Assembly: GCA_965216325.1 (NCBI GenBank)
Contig: OZ244160.1
Span: 1,120,001-1,184,000, forward strand
Direction: 5' to 3'
DNA from: Coraliomargarita sp.
GTDB taxonomy: Bacteria > Verrucomicrobiota > Verrucomicrobiia > Opitutales > Coraliomargaritaceae
Length of the DNA stretch: 64,000 nucleotides
Below the pieces are notes generated by a model. The model had not been told where the DNA came from. It searched no databases and worked only from the letters and a program-made list of their open reading frames with translations. Below, piece after piece: positions 31,601 through 40,676 of this stretch (position 1 is its first letter; each line of letters begins with the position of its first letter). The translations under genes and the position numbers were made by a program.

Positions 31601-33968
31601 TACGCCCACACTTGCATCCGCCCTACAATGGGCAAAGGTCGATCCTGCTGTCAGTAAACCATGGTTGGATGGCCCCACACTGAACAGCCGTATCAGTGGA
31701 CTATTGCTTTCCGATAATGCAATGCTGTTTGGCACTACCTTTGGCGACCAAGTCGTGCCATTTGCGCCGACCAGCTTTACTCAAGATAGTGTCGATTTAG
31801 CCGATGAAGTGTTAACGTCCGTTTACAGCACTGCTCCATCGAGCACAGTCTTTTGGCCAGCCGAGCGTGTTGTCGATGATGGCGTGCTGGCAACTGTTCA
31901 GGCCATGGGCTACAGCCACACGGTTGTGGATCAAATGCGCCATTTCTTCAAATGGTTTGGCCGCACTGAAGCACTCGGCCAAGCCGGCTATCAGATCAAC
32001 ACCGTCAACAATGTTGGCCTGTTCCCTATCCATGACTTCGCGAGCACCTTCCGTTTCGAGAATCACGACAGTGGTCTGAACTTCCCGTTGCGCGAACTGC
32101 TCAACCGCCGTGCACGCAGTGGCACTCAGGACCAAGTGCTGAGTCTGCTCAGTGACTGGGAAGACTTCCGCACTGGATCGCAAGCGGATGCCTATGACCT
32201 TAATCTACGCTGGTTGGCCAACCGTCCATGGATTGAACTGGTCACCTTGGATGAAGTGGCGGGTGGTGAAATAGATCTTTCGCAACCAGCCGATGGACTT
32301 GGCGACACCTGGGGCACGGTTGACCGGGGGAATGGACAAAGCCTACAGCGAACCGCGAAGGACTTCATTGATCACTCCACTCAGGAAGATTACGGTAATT
32401 GGTATAATGGCCAAATAGGTCGCGAGGAAGGCCTCGAAGGTAAAATCTTTGAGATCCGGTCTGGCGCTCCCCTGCCAGAAAAGTTTGGCACGGTTGGTGT
32501 CGATGGGATCGCCGACGATGCATGGAAAGAAGTCGATGGCATTAGTAACAATGGCAGTGGCCAAGGAAAGCTCGGACGTTCGACAGCGCACGCAGCCATG
32601 TTTGTTACCGCGTTCCATGATCAACAGAACTTCGACCTCAGTAAGTTCAGCACGGGTGCGTATATCTATCCAGACACCGACTTCAACAACCTCGCAGGCT
32701 TCTCCAAGCTCGCACAGTCGCAAATGCGCTTTGCGGCACTTTATAAGCGAGTCGATGCATGGGCCAGTAGCCCTCCAGCAAATGCAGTGACTAGCGCTGA
32801 GGATGTCGATTTCGATGGTGAGAATGAATACCTGCTCTACAATGCGACCGCCTTTGCAGTCTTCGAAGCCAGTGGTGGGCGCTGTGTCGCAGCCTTTGCA
32901 CGTAACCCTGCCACAGGTAGTGTCAGCCAAATCATCGGCACGCAGCCAACCCATGCAGGTAGTGAAACTGAAGACGAAGGCACACTCAACGTAGACGGTG
33001 GTGCTATTGGCGCACGCCGCACCTCCGCCTTTAAGGATTGGTTCGCCGATGGCACAGCCGGGGGCACGTCTCAGTATGTCAACGCACTTTACGAAGTCGT
33101 GGCTAGTGGCAGTAACGGTTGGGTGTTCATTGCACCCGGAGGTCACATCGTAAAGACAATCACTCTTTCGGATACCGATCCTGAACTACAGGCCGCCTAT
33201 AACCTGCCAAACCAGGAAGTTGATAAGCTCTACATCCGCCATGGTCTCTCCCCGAACCTTTGGAATCTGATTCGCCGCGGCCACTATGATCTCGACCCTC
33301 TGGTGGATGATACCACGAACCGACAGATCCGACTCTTAAATCGCGGCGAGGGCGAACCCGTCGGCGCAACCTTAACTTACGATGCGAATGCCGAGCGCCA
33401 GAACAGTGCAGTCGATGATGATCCGGTCGGTGGCATCGAATGGGATGCGCCCAATATGCGTAATCAGGCCCTCGTCGAACAAGTCGAAATGACCAATGTC
33501 GACGGACAAACCAGTTTCTCGATCACTCTAACTCTGGAGAACGGCAACACGGATAATGACGGCGATGCCCTACCCAACTGGTGGGAACGCGACAACGGTC
33601 TGGATCCGGATTCCTCTTCAGGCGATGACGGCGCGAGTGGCAACGGTGACGGCGACCCCTTCAACCAGCTTGAAGAATACGTGCTCGGACTCGATCCGAA
33701 TGTTGCCGAGTTTAACGGTCTACCAAAGGGGCTCATTGCGGCGACAGGAACGGGTGCGTTCACTGTAACTTTCCCAGTGCTGGCGGGTCGCAGCTACCAA
33801 GTCTGGTATGTCGACGACCTCACCGACACTTGGCAAGTAGCCGGCGCGCCATTTGCCGCCACCAGCGATGATGCCGCCTATGTCTGGACCGACGATGGCA
33901 GCAATACCAGTCCTAACCCAAGCACCATTGATAACCGTTTCTACAAGATCGAAATTACCCGCCCTTAG
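25611..33968 (+). CDS. Giant secreted multidomain alpha-glucanase: GH13 domain, Asp-rich Ca-binding repeats, GH57-like domain, C-terminal putative sorting domain
   Basis: Signal peptide; GH13 DNIMNH/DGLRLDAVKH/FGEH/QSHD; repeated DTDGDGLPDG; GH57-like THGNQP/FWPAER/LSDWED; ends RFYKIEITRP. Confidence 0.85.
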   Translation: MPRIRLLLLLLLICKLATGEAMLQYFNTSWAEITRKMPELAEAGYSSLWLPPPTKGSGGLSVGYDMWDPFDLGSKDQRGSVRTRYGTEAELLELVETAHRFGIRVYFDNIMNHRAFDIPGFNETTPIDIYPGLVPEDFHLRRTQEGFYRKWDNTRDWNSAWQVQNLGLADLIDIAQEPGTTNLNFGETEGSTFPKIKFIRDYERPEHYAYDKDGNYVGFGGLLPLAEGLLNDEGNPSPSDVQIKVRAQQYLSDNAGVYEEYVEDYLHRAARWKMDRTKADGLRLDAVKHIRADFFGATFGADKDSSDYGYLGQVQRQFNITRGFSDANHRDTVFETENPRDDAMVFGEHLGEPPGYSPYVDAGMRLVDNPLRQQFNDRLGSPWNGLNGFDNPGWGGFAPSVAVMHAQSHDNDYASRRELQHAMYFTRAGLGLLYTDGNYQAETLGESGGAFPRHSNTSFLGQWDDDRVPNILYIHEQFARGYQQGKWSDDDVVIYERVDKRENGGMSDADGVTMLFMLNDNYATGHGRNFTTSFPSTAGGSDAYLYNYSSYGGGFYTYASNIVNGSTVIPAGGYFVFSWKNPDPSNLWQNSDGRPITIYQDGVEVGTVDVLRRDGPNGDADFHGDTLPFSARPIISNPESDDYAYTATIPRITDGTQVRFVSRSDGSTENVLMRLDGGVDLNDINHSGGDPRDNPPALATDLFLGYEQVSFVDRIGPEKFAAIDTARCIFGSAGAETYEAGAATTDGFGANPQDGDAATFVFHDPTANFEGWVPLDGSLATATQLDQSGGSTIIWAKTNSVGAGFKAYVYYTTDGSNPEGAAGWGRGTTRVEEAFYVEPNTAGGDNWWRAEIDPTPAGALKYKIGVYKSGLSSIFPSGASEVARKGNMMTIFETSERDLTSVTVRPHADYGASETGLKEGMHIITARTFLQRPNRASIYNTFKQTFYYDTERPQGEVRFPENNGDQVGGSSYRVVVRTDATVEEVWYRIEDSDTSNDDIETGASNGNGVGFEPFIDADQDGTRDEGESYEDLNGNGAWDNNLTENWARASELTPSLSVEPSDSSYRKEWRFDYVNIPPTGSADIKVRLRELSSSEFVDFSLSDADGHYTTLTRTVNTAGPNERMFIAFPGQDRQVVSDDYIMKVYFTKSLADGLSEQQLIDRFLITIGSTEPGDAGVTQSRDDYSIVYNETSEYHALAFDLPNLYNDIPEYDHKIVVSHDRPSPATDFEATRIVRALPVTTPRVLIVNPPELGPDGRPFDIILPDVANPAPEDRQFTIQVATNLDATNVTLNFVDLKGSLIAAPTTFDEGSSKFWNFIWSDMVEGSFRFTATVTAPGGSATADRNTTVIFREKVEEDELDADDDDDGLLDIDENTAQVFPNQSPDGGITPPAKPNPEQWTNGEVHIVYAYGKSSPTSPDTDGDGLPDGLEVGWRNTSGDPPTDVVADTDGDGYPNFIGDLDPPFFNTLDNFGSVPDVDSQSLGGDRGKQVAGTMTDPSNPDSDYDGISDGVEDANRNGWVDGDGEIIPVDFNPWLGRDWPDGVIDPGETWTETDPNNSDTDGDGASDGYGEDKNFDGVIEGDISGDRIYNSGEEWSETDPLNADTDGDGLPDGWEIDNGLDPLDNGTDNLRTAAAADGDPNQGGLGDPDGDTFTNAQELVNGTRPRVDDNVPPPPANSIIIGPGGDDSVGKAGNLNEFTDWTIDDLLVLDEYDGNGTNNQGTDIYKAYDGFDSSRDIVAFYFRDGGGDGKLYFRLDMHDLQAFAEEGNLDAYVVIDTGNTAVGESALPEAVDTRTEMKWELVVAVYQADNGAVYIDTDSGDNTTVIGEDLFSKGVVRRTQADANGFGQAYFNSELDAFEFSISRQALLDAGWNGNADTLNFQVYTVRDGIDNSGPGLGDIGGRSDIRDTIYDDFIASAYFRDQSSIGGDKSVLYSWFSRSGANDRGKRAKVALLTHGNQPIRSANEMHLRINDGSGAGYYRMVDAHEAFNRPVNLHITPTLASALQWAKVDPAVSKPWLDGPTLNSRISGLLLSDNAMLFGTTFGDQVVPFAPTSFTQDSVDLADEVLTSVYSTAPSSTVFWPAERVVDDGVLATVQAMGYSHTVVDQMRHFFKWFGRTEALGQAGYQINTVNNVGLFPIHDFASTFRFENHDSGLNFPLRELLNRRARSGTQDQVLSLLSDWEDFRTGSQADAYDLNLRWLANRPWIELVTLDEVAGGEIDLSQPADGLGDTWGTVDRGNGQSLQRTAKDFIDHSTQEDYGNWYNGQIGREEGLEGKIFEIRSGAPLPEKFGTVGVDGIADDAWKEVDGISNNGSGQGKLGRSTAHAAMFVTAFHDQQNFDLSKFSTGAYIYPDTDFNNLAGFSKLAQSQMRFAALYKRVDAWASSPPANAVTSAEDVDFDGENEYLLYNATAFAVFEASGGRCVAAFARNPATGSVSQIIGTQPTHAGSETEDEGTLNVDGGAIGARRTSAFKDWFADGTAGGTSQYVNALYEVVASGSNGWVFIAPGGHIVKTITLSDTDPELQAAYNLPNQEVDKLYIRHGLSPNLWNLIRRGHYDLDPLVDDTTNRQIRLLNRGEGEPVGATLTYDANAERQNSAVDDDPVGGIEWDAPNMRNQALVEQVEMTNVDGQTSFSITLTLENGNTDNDGDALPNWWERDNGLDPDSSSGDDGASGNGDGDPFNQLEEYVLGLDPNVAEFNGLPKGLIAATGTGAFTVTFPVLAGRSYQVWYVDDLTDTWQVAGAPFAATSDDAAYVWTDDGSNTSPNPSTIDNRFYKIEITRP

Positions 33969-33969
33969 A

Positions 33970-36900
33970 ATGAAGAAACTTCTTTCACTCCCGATCACGA
34001 CACTTCTTGCCGCTAGCTCATTGTCAGCGATCGGCTATCTTGAGGTGCGTGCGCCTGGCTATGATTTCCGTAGTGCGGAGTATTCGACCTCACATGTTTA
34101 CATCGATGAAGTTGCTGGCACAACTGCAGACATTGAGGTGCTTTGGACTTTGACCGACTTTAGCAATATTACAGATGTTGAGGTGTATACTAACTTAAAC
34201 CGTCGCGACCTTGCACGCACCGACAAGAACAGTGACGGATACGCGGATGGGATTCAACCAATCAACGGGAATACCATTACTGACTCAGCTGCAGATACAG
34301 ATACCAGCACTGGCCACTACTTTGCTCCGCTCAACATGACTGATGGTGACAATAATGGCATCTGGGAGCTAACGATTCCTGCCTCTAAGACCGGTGCTTA
34401 TCGTCTTACGGCACGTTTTAAAACCAGTAACGCAATTGCTGAGAACAATAACGATCCCAATAACTGGATTTGGTATGGCCTGCGTGACCATGCAGTCGTA
34501 GTCGCGCCAGTCGACTCCCGCGACGTCCAGCTCTATGTGATGAATGTATTCAACGTCGAAGCAGATGGAGACACCTTCTTTGATCGCTCAACCTTTGAAG
34601 ACCTTCATGACGCAGCAGACGCGGCACATAACTTTGAAGGGGGCGGCAGTCGTTGGAATCTGGACTATATGAAAGGACTCGGCATGAACTGGCTCTGGTT
34701 CCAGCCGATTCACCCAAATGGCATTGATGGTCGCGAGCCAGTCGCTGGCTATGGTAACGGCGGCCCTCTCTATGACCCAGGCAGCCCCTATGCGGTGAAG
34801 AACTTCTTTGAAGTTAATGAGCTGATGACCGTCGACTATGATGGCAGCAACACACTGGCGCAGAACCGAGCTGCTTCCATGGCCGCGTTTCAAGAATTTG
34901 CCGCAGCAGCGGATGCGAAAGACATCGGTATTATGCTGGATGCTCCATTCAATCACACGGCATTCGATGTTGAGCTCGGTCAACAAGGAGTCGACCTCTT
35001 CCAGCGCGACGGTGAAACTTGGGATCCCTACGATGAGATTCGTAATCGCGAAGCACGCTTTTTCTCATCGAGCTCGAATTATGGAAACCGCGCGTCGTCT
35101 GCGGGAGACATCGCCGCTGGGCCCGATCGCTACGACTTTGGCAAATGGAATGATGTTAAAGATGTCTTCTTTGGCCGTTACGATGCGCTCGTTGAAGCAG
35201 ATGTAGAGCCTGAACGATCCAGCTATACCAACGAAGGTGATTGGTTTGACTATAGCGATAGCGATTGGACCAACAACGACTTCACGCAAGGTGGTTCACA
35301 ATGGAATGTGACCCGTCGGGTCTGGGACTACTTTGCAGAATATGCAGTGCACTGGTTGGATAAGACACGCCCTGCAGGTCAAAACCGCAACTCGACATCA
35401 ACTGACGGCGATTCCGCGGCGCGCTATGCATGGGATGACCGCGGGATCGATGGTCTGCGCTGCGACTTTGGCCAGGGGCTTCCACCTCAAGCTTGGGAAT
35501 ACATCATTAATGTTGCCCGTAGCCATAAGTGGAACTTCGTCATGATGAGCGAGTCACTGGACGGCGGCGCAGTAACTTACCGTTCAAGTCGACACTTTGA
35601 AATCTTGAACGAAAACATTGTCTTCCCGTTAAAGTCGGCAGGGAGCAATCAGGACTATCGAAACATCTTCGAGGGTCGTCGTAGCGCCTATGGTCAAGCT
35701 TTGGTATTGGCGAATACCACGTCTCATGACGAAGCAAACTATGCGGATCCATGGCAAGCGCTGGTCCGAAACGCTGCAGTTGGTATGATCGATTCGGCTT
35801 CGCTGATCTTTCCCGGCCAAGAACTAGGTATAGTAACTGATGACAAGGGGACTAGTGATACGAGTGATGATTATAATTTTGGTTATCAGCATTATGAAGT
35901 GAACTTCGGTAAAAATATCCCTCACTTCAAACGCTGGAACTCGATGATACCCATTTGGAACGACACTAACTTTGGTAATGATCAGCTGTATCCCGTGTAT
36001 TCCGGCGTTCAATCTGCCCGTCAATCGAGCCCTGCGCTGCGCAGTTCCAATCGTTGGTTTATCGATGGGGATGGCGGTAATAACCAGATATTTGCGGCTG
36101 CGAAATATGAGGCCGCGAATGCCTCACCAGCCTCATCTGACGTTGTATTAGGATTTGTGAATCTTGACCGAAGCAATACGCAGAGCGATAATTTCAAAAT
36201 CCCAGCGGGGTTGGCACCACTTCTCGGCATACAAGACGGTCGAACTTATAACGTTAAGAATATCGCAGCCTACACCGCCCAAGTCGCCAACCGACGTGAG
36301 CTTTGGCTTTGGGGTGCTGGCATCACTGGCGCAAATCTAAAAGCCAACGGGTTCTTTGTCAGCCTCTACAAGGTGCCAATAGCAAATAGCGACTGGCTGG
36401 GTGAGCCTTACGAAGCCCAATACCTGAAGCTGTATGACGTCACTCCACCACCTGCGCCATCTCAGCCTGTAAATAGCACGGGCAAGAACTACGTAATGGG
36501 CAACCGCATTACCTTTGAGTGGTCCGCGTCAGTGTCGAATACCGCAGACGATGTTATCACCAGTTACCGTTTGATGATCAAGCGGGATGGCTCAAACGAA
36601 ACTGTCTTTGATGAAAATGTCGGCAACGTAACCAGCTACGAGTATACCGGCTCGCATGGAGATAATCTCTACGCAGAAGTCTATCCGATCAGTGCCGCTG
36701 AAATACAGGGCACAGTGAGCTCTGCGAGTAGCGCGGTGTTGATGATCGACCCCGATGCTGACAACGACCAAGATGGAGCGACAAATGGCGACGAAGACAT
36801 CGCGGGCACAGATTTCAACGACCCCAATTCGAAGTTGGAGATTGTTCAAAGTGAACTCACGATTACTGATCAATTCACGATTTCTTGGCCAAGTGTCGTC

Positions 36901-37065
36901 GGTATTACCTATGGTGTCGAATCTAAGGATACCCTCCTCGCGCTTTCTTGGCACACGGAAGCTACCGGCATTAGTGGCACCGGCAGTGTGCTGCAATGGA
37001 CAGATCCGGATCCCATCAATACGGAGACGCTATTACACAAGTTCTACCGTGTAATCGTCGAATAG
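33970..37065 (+). CDS. Secreted GH13 glycosidase with FN3-like domain and the same type of C-terminal domain
   Basis: Start MKKLLSLP at 33970 with signal peptide; GSPYAVKNF, DAPFNH, DGLRCD, SES, TSHDE; ends KFYRVIVE. Confidence 0.85.
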   Translation: MKKLLSLPITTLLAASSLSAIGYLEVRAPGYDFRSAEYSTSHVYIDEVAGTTADIEVLWTLTDFSNITDVEVYTNLNRRDLARTDKNSDGYADGIQPINGNTITDSAADTDTSTGHYFAPLNMTDGDNNGIWELTIPASKTGAYRLTARFKTSNAIAENNNDPNNWIWYGLRDHAVVVAPVDSRDVQLYVMNVFNVEADGDTFFDRSTFEDLHDAADAAHNFEGGGSRWNLDYMKGLGMNWLWFQPIHPNGIDGREPVAGYGNGGPLYDPGSPYAVKNFFEVNELMTVDYDGSNTLAQNRAASMAAFQEFAAAADAKDIGIMLDAPFNHTAFDVELGQQGVDLFQRDGETWDPYDEIRNREARFFSSSSNYGNRASSAGDIAAGPDRYDFGKWNDVKDVFFGRYDALVEADVEPERSSYTNEGDWFDYSDSDWTNNDFTQGGSQWNVTRRVWDYFAEYAVHWLDKTRPAGQNRNSTSTDGDSAARYAWDDRGIDGLRCDFGQGLPPQAWEYIINVARSHKWNFVMMSESLDGGAVTYRSSRHFEILNENIVFPLKSAGSNQDYRNIFEGRRSAYGQALVLANTTSHDEANYADPWQALVRNAAVGMIDSASLIFPGQELGIVTDDKGTSDTSDDYNFGYQHYEVNFGKNIPHFKRWNSMIPIWNDTNFGNDQLYPVYSGVQSARQSSPALRSSNRWFIDGDGGNNQIFAAAKYEAANASPASSDVVLGFVNLDRSNTQSDNFKIPAGLAPLLGIQDGRTYNVKNIAAYTAQVANRRELWLWGAGITGANLKANGFFVSLYKVPIANSDWLGEPYEAQYLKLYDVTPPPAPSQPVNSTGKNYVMGNRITFEWSASVSNTADDVITSYRLMIKRDGSNETVFDENVGNVTSYEYTGSHGDNLYAEVYPISAAEIQGTVSSASSAVLMIDPDADNDQDGATNGDEDIAGTDFNDPNSKLEIVQSELTITDQFTISWPSVVGITYGVESKDTLLALSWHTEATGISGTGSVLQWTDPDPINTETLLHKFYRVIVE

Positions 37066-37070
37066 CCGGT

Positions 37071-38834
37071 ATGACCCGACGCAGACTTCGTCAATTGCCC
37101 TCCTGTGTGTCCTTCGCCTTTGTTTCGTGGGCGTTTTGTGCATCTGTATGCGGGCAGAGCACCCTCACACCAGATTGGGCCAAGGATACCATCTGGTATC
37201 AGATCTTTCCAGAACGATTTGCCAATGGCGATCGTCGTAATGACCCGACTCGAGACTCGTTAACGCATCCCGAGCACGTTCCGGACAATTGGCAGATTAT
37301 GGACTGGGACACTGATTGGATGGCTCGCGCGCAATGGGAACAGACAATGAGCCACGATATGAATGTAACGGTGCATCATCGACGCTATGGCGGTGACTTA
37401 AGCGGCATTGTAGAGAAGCTCGATTACTTAAAGACCTTAGGCATTAACGGCATCTATTTGAATCCGGTCTTTCATGCGGATTCCCTGCACAAGTATGACG
37501 GGAACTCTTTTCATCATATCGATCCCTTTTTTGGTCCTGATCCCTCAGGCGATCTGGAGCTGATGAAGGTGGAGACCAGTGATCCAGCAACCTGGAAGAC
37601 AACCGCTGCCGATCGCTATTTCCTATGGTTTCTTCAGGAGGCTAAAAAAAAGGGCATACGAGTCATCATTGACGGAGTGTGGAATCACACTGGCTGTGAC
37701 TTCTTTGCCTTTCGGGACATTCTCCAAGCGCAACAGGACTCCGTCTATGGGGCATGGTATTCGGTGTTGGCATACGATAATCCGGAAACCGATAGCTACG
37801 AATTCGACTATCAAGGATGGTATGGGTTTAAGAGCTTACCTGAATTCTCGGACAACGCAGCTGGAACGAATTTGGCTAGTGGCCCCAAGCAGTATATCTT
37901 TAATGCCACGCGGCGCTGGATGGATCCGAACGGAGATGGTGACCCGAGTGATGGCATTGATGGCTGGCGCTTAGATGTCGCAGAACAGGTCCCTACAGGC
38001 TTTTGGCGTGAGTGGCACGGATTAGTCAGATCGATTAACCCGGAGGCCTACACGACGGCTGAAATCTGGGGGAGCTCAGCTGAGTTCATCGCAGCGAACC
38101 ACTTTAGCGCCGCGATGAATTACCGTGGATTCGCGATTCCTGTAAAAGGCTGGCTAGTGGACGGACGCATCTCAGCCACAGAATTCGCTCGTCGCCTAGA
38201 GGAGGACCTGAGCAAGCATCCATTTGATCAGGCGTTGATTCTGCAGAATCTAGTCGATTCACACGACACACAACGTGTTGCCTCCGCGATCGCTAATCGT
38301 GGCACCTACGAACACTACAAAAGTGCGGACTGGTTTGACTACGACGAGGGTGAACGCGTCAACATGCAGAGCCAAGGTTACAATACTGAAGCTCCGGATG
38401 ATGACGGTAGGCGGATTTGGAAGATGCTAGCCCTTTTTCAGGCAACTTTTCCCGGGGCACCAATGATTTACTATGGCACCGAACTGGGAATGTGGGGCGC
38501 CGATGATCCTCACGACCGGATGCCATCTAATTGGAGTAATCCAGACCGCGACATATATAATAGCTATCAGGCTGCTCTCGCATTGAGAAAAGAGTTCGAG
38601 ATATTACGGCGGGGGGAATTTCGGATTGTTGAAACGAACGATGACAAGCAGCTATTTGTATTCGAACGTCGGCTTGGTGGCAGTTATCTGATCATCGCAT
38701 TTAACCGCAGTAACGATGACATACGGATCGAAGGCTCCTATCTGCGAGGTATGAAACTCCAATACAATACCGCGGGCAGAGATCAGTTCCGGAACGTGCC
38801 CCGCTTGAGTGCTTCGGTCTACATACAAGACTAA
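37071..38834 (+). CDS. GH13 neopullulanase/cyclomaltodextrinase-like enzyme
   Basis: WYQIFPERFANGD, YGGDLSGI, DGVWNH, DGWRLDVA, AEIW, DSHDTQR, PMIYYG; ATG at 37071 preferred. Confidence 0.9.
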   Translation: MTRRRLRQLPSCVSFAFVSWAFCASVCGQSTLTPDWAKDTIWYQIFPERFANGDRRNDPTRDSLTHPEHVPDNWQIMDWDTDWMARAQWEQTMSHDMNVTVHHRRYGGDLSGIVEKLDYLKTLGINGIYLNPVFHADSLHKYDGNSFHHIDPFFGPDPSGDLELMKVETSDPATWKTTAADRYFLWFLQEAKKKGIRVIIDGVWNHTGCDFFAFRDILQAQQDSVYGAWYSVLAYDNPETDSYEFDYQGWYGFKSLPEFSDNAAGTNLASGPKQYIFNATRRWMDPNGDGDPSDGIDGWRLDVAEQVPTGFWREWHGLVRSINPEAYTTAEIWGSSAEFIAANHFSAAMNYRGFAIPVKGWLVDGRISATEFARRLEEDLSKHPFDQALILQNLVDSHDTQRVASAIANRGTYEHYKSADWFDYDEGERVNMQSQGYNTEAPDDDGRRIWKMLALFQATFPGAPMIYYGTELGMWGADDPHDRMPSNWSNPDRDIYNSYQAALALRKEFEILRRGEFRIVETNDDKQLFVFERRLGGSYLIIAFNRSNDDIRIEGSYLRGMKLQYNTAGRDQFRNVPRLSASVYIQD

Positions 38835-38857
38835 GCGACTGTGCTGCTGACAGTATT

Positions 38858-38957
<100 letters not shown>

Positions 38958-39091
38958 CGGTATATATAACAGTATGCGTGCCAATAGTTCGGCCTGTTCA
39001 GCTATTTCCCGGAAATAGTTTATTTTGAGCATTTTTTGCTCAATTCAGTCGCCAGCTGGGCGAATATCCCCATCTGTTAGGTGCAATAGGT

Positions 39092-39454
39092 ATGCCTTTT
39101 TCCAAAAACATCGAAGATGTCATCGCCGACTTTCGCGGCTTGCCACGCACGGTGACGGCCTCGTCACGTCGCCCTCCGGTGCCGATTGGCAATCTTCTGG
39201 TGGTTCTTAAGGAAAAATACAAACTAGAGCAGCCGAGCCCAGAGCGAACTCTGGTTGAGAATTGGGGCGAGATTTTCGGAAATCTAGCCGGACGTTGTAA
39301 TCCAATTCGAATTAAGGACGGAAGGACTTTGGTAATATCCGTCACGAATCAAACGCTTCGATCTGAACTACAATTTCGTAAGCGTGCGATTCTGCAGAAG
39401 ATACACCAATTGGACAATTGCTCAGGAATTAATGAGCTGGTGATCCGCGGCTAG
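39092..39454 (+). CDS. dciA: DUF721/DciA-family protein (replicative helicase loader-like)
   Basis: ENWGEIFGNLAGRCNPIRIKDGRTLVISV..RSELQFRKRAILQKI pattern and 120-aa length. Confidence 0.75.
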   Translation: MPFSKNIEDVIADFRGLPRTVTASSRRPPVPIGNLLVVLKEKYKLEQPSPERTLVENWGEIFGNLAGRCNPIRIKDGRTLVISVTNQTLRSELQFRKRAILQKIHQLDNCSGINELVIRG

Positions 39455-39537
39455 GAATAGCAACTGAGCTACTCATTTAGACTCGGTTCAACGGGTTGGA
39501 GCATTCTCGGTGTCAGAAGGCATTTGTTATCTGTGCA

Positions 39538-39635
<98 letters not shown>

Positions 39636-39921
39636 GGGAAGAAGCACATTTTTTCTTCGCCCTGCAAGTATTATTTTCAGGAATATGTATTTATTTCACG
39701 AAAAATATTTGCTCAACGCTCATATAGAAGAACTTACGCGTCATAATATTTTTCAAAAAAACCGCTTAGCACGATGATAATCGATACTTCTAGTCGTTCG
39801 TTGGTTGATTTCAGCCTTCTCGGTCCAGTCTTTATACGTATCTCAAGGCTTTTACCTCTTCAACGAAGAAAGCAATAAGGCAATCTTGACTTCTACAGTC
39901 AAAAACTAAACTTTAGGCGAC

Positions 39922-40644
39922 ATGACAACTGAAACTGCATCGAATAGCGACCAGTCAGCTCCAGAGCTAGAACAGATCTCTGCGGTTGAGCGCGTGCGCT
40001 GGGCATATGAGCAATACGGCGATCAACTTGTGTTGACTACCAGTTTTGGCGTGCAGAGTGCAGTGATGTTGCATCTGGTCACCAGCCAAATCCCCGACAT
40101 TCCGGTTGTATTCATCGATACTGGATATCTATTTCCTGAGACCTACCGCTTTGCTGAGGACTTGACCGAGCGTCTAAACCTGAACCTGAAGACATATCGG
40201 TCTCTGAAGTCGGCGGCTCATCAAGAGGCTATCTATGGCAAGCTCTGGGAGAAGGGGCTCGAGGGGCTCGATCAATACAATAAGATGAACAAAGTGGAGC
40301 CGATGAACCGTGCCGTCCAAGAAATTGGTGCGAAAGCATGGCTCTCCGGTTTGCGTCGCAACCAGTCGTCCAGCCGCCAAAATCGCCAGGTCGCTGAGAA
40401 GCAAAATAAAATTTGGAAGGTCTATCCAATCCTCGATTGGAGCGACCGTGACATCTACAATTACCTGACCGAGAATAGTCTGCCCTATCATCCACTATGG
40501 GATGAAGGCTATGTCTCTGTCGGCGACTGGCACAGCACCAGCAAGCTTGGTGAAGGCATGAGCGCAGAAGATACACGCTTTGGTGGACTTAAGCGTGAAT
40601 GCGGACTCCACGAAGTGACTGGTGGTGCGGACTATCAAATCTAG
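39922..40644 (+). CDS. cysH: Phosphoadenylyl-sulfate reductase (type without an Fe-S cluster)
   Basis: [29 protein letters not shown]; no CC pair. Confidence 0.93.
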   Translation: MTTETASNSDQSAPELEQISAVERVRWAYEQYGDQLVLTTSFGVQSAVMLHLVTSQIPDIPVVFIDTGYLFPETYRFAEDLTERLNLNLKTYRSLKSAAHQEAIYGKLWEKGLEGLDQYNKMNKVEPMNRAVQEIGAKAWLSGLRRNQSSSRQNRQVAEKQNKIWKVYPILDWSDRDIYNYLTENSLPYHPLWDEGYVSVGDWHSTSKLGEGMSAEDTRFGGLKRECGLHEVTGGADYQI

Positions 40645-40645
40645 C

Positions 40646-40676
40646 AATAGAGCAGGGCCAGCCCCCTGCTCTATTT
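40646..40676. terminator. Hairpin between convergent cysH and SLT genes
   Basis: AATAGAGCAGGG-CCAGCC-CCCTGCTCTATT. Confidence 0.6.

Noticed and set aside
33853..33969. Upstream extensions of ORF-track calls (also hisG, argH, mutL, galM, glpD, moeB, TonB receptor, ctaA and the 36996 ORF)
   Set aside because: They overlap neighbouring genes or the riboswitch, or precede the recognisable N-terminus; downstream ATGs restore signal peptides or family starts.
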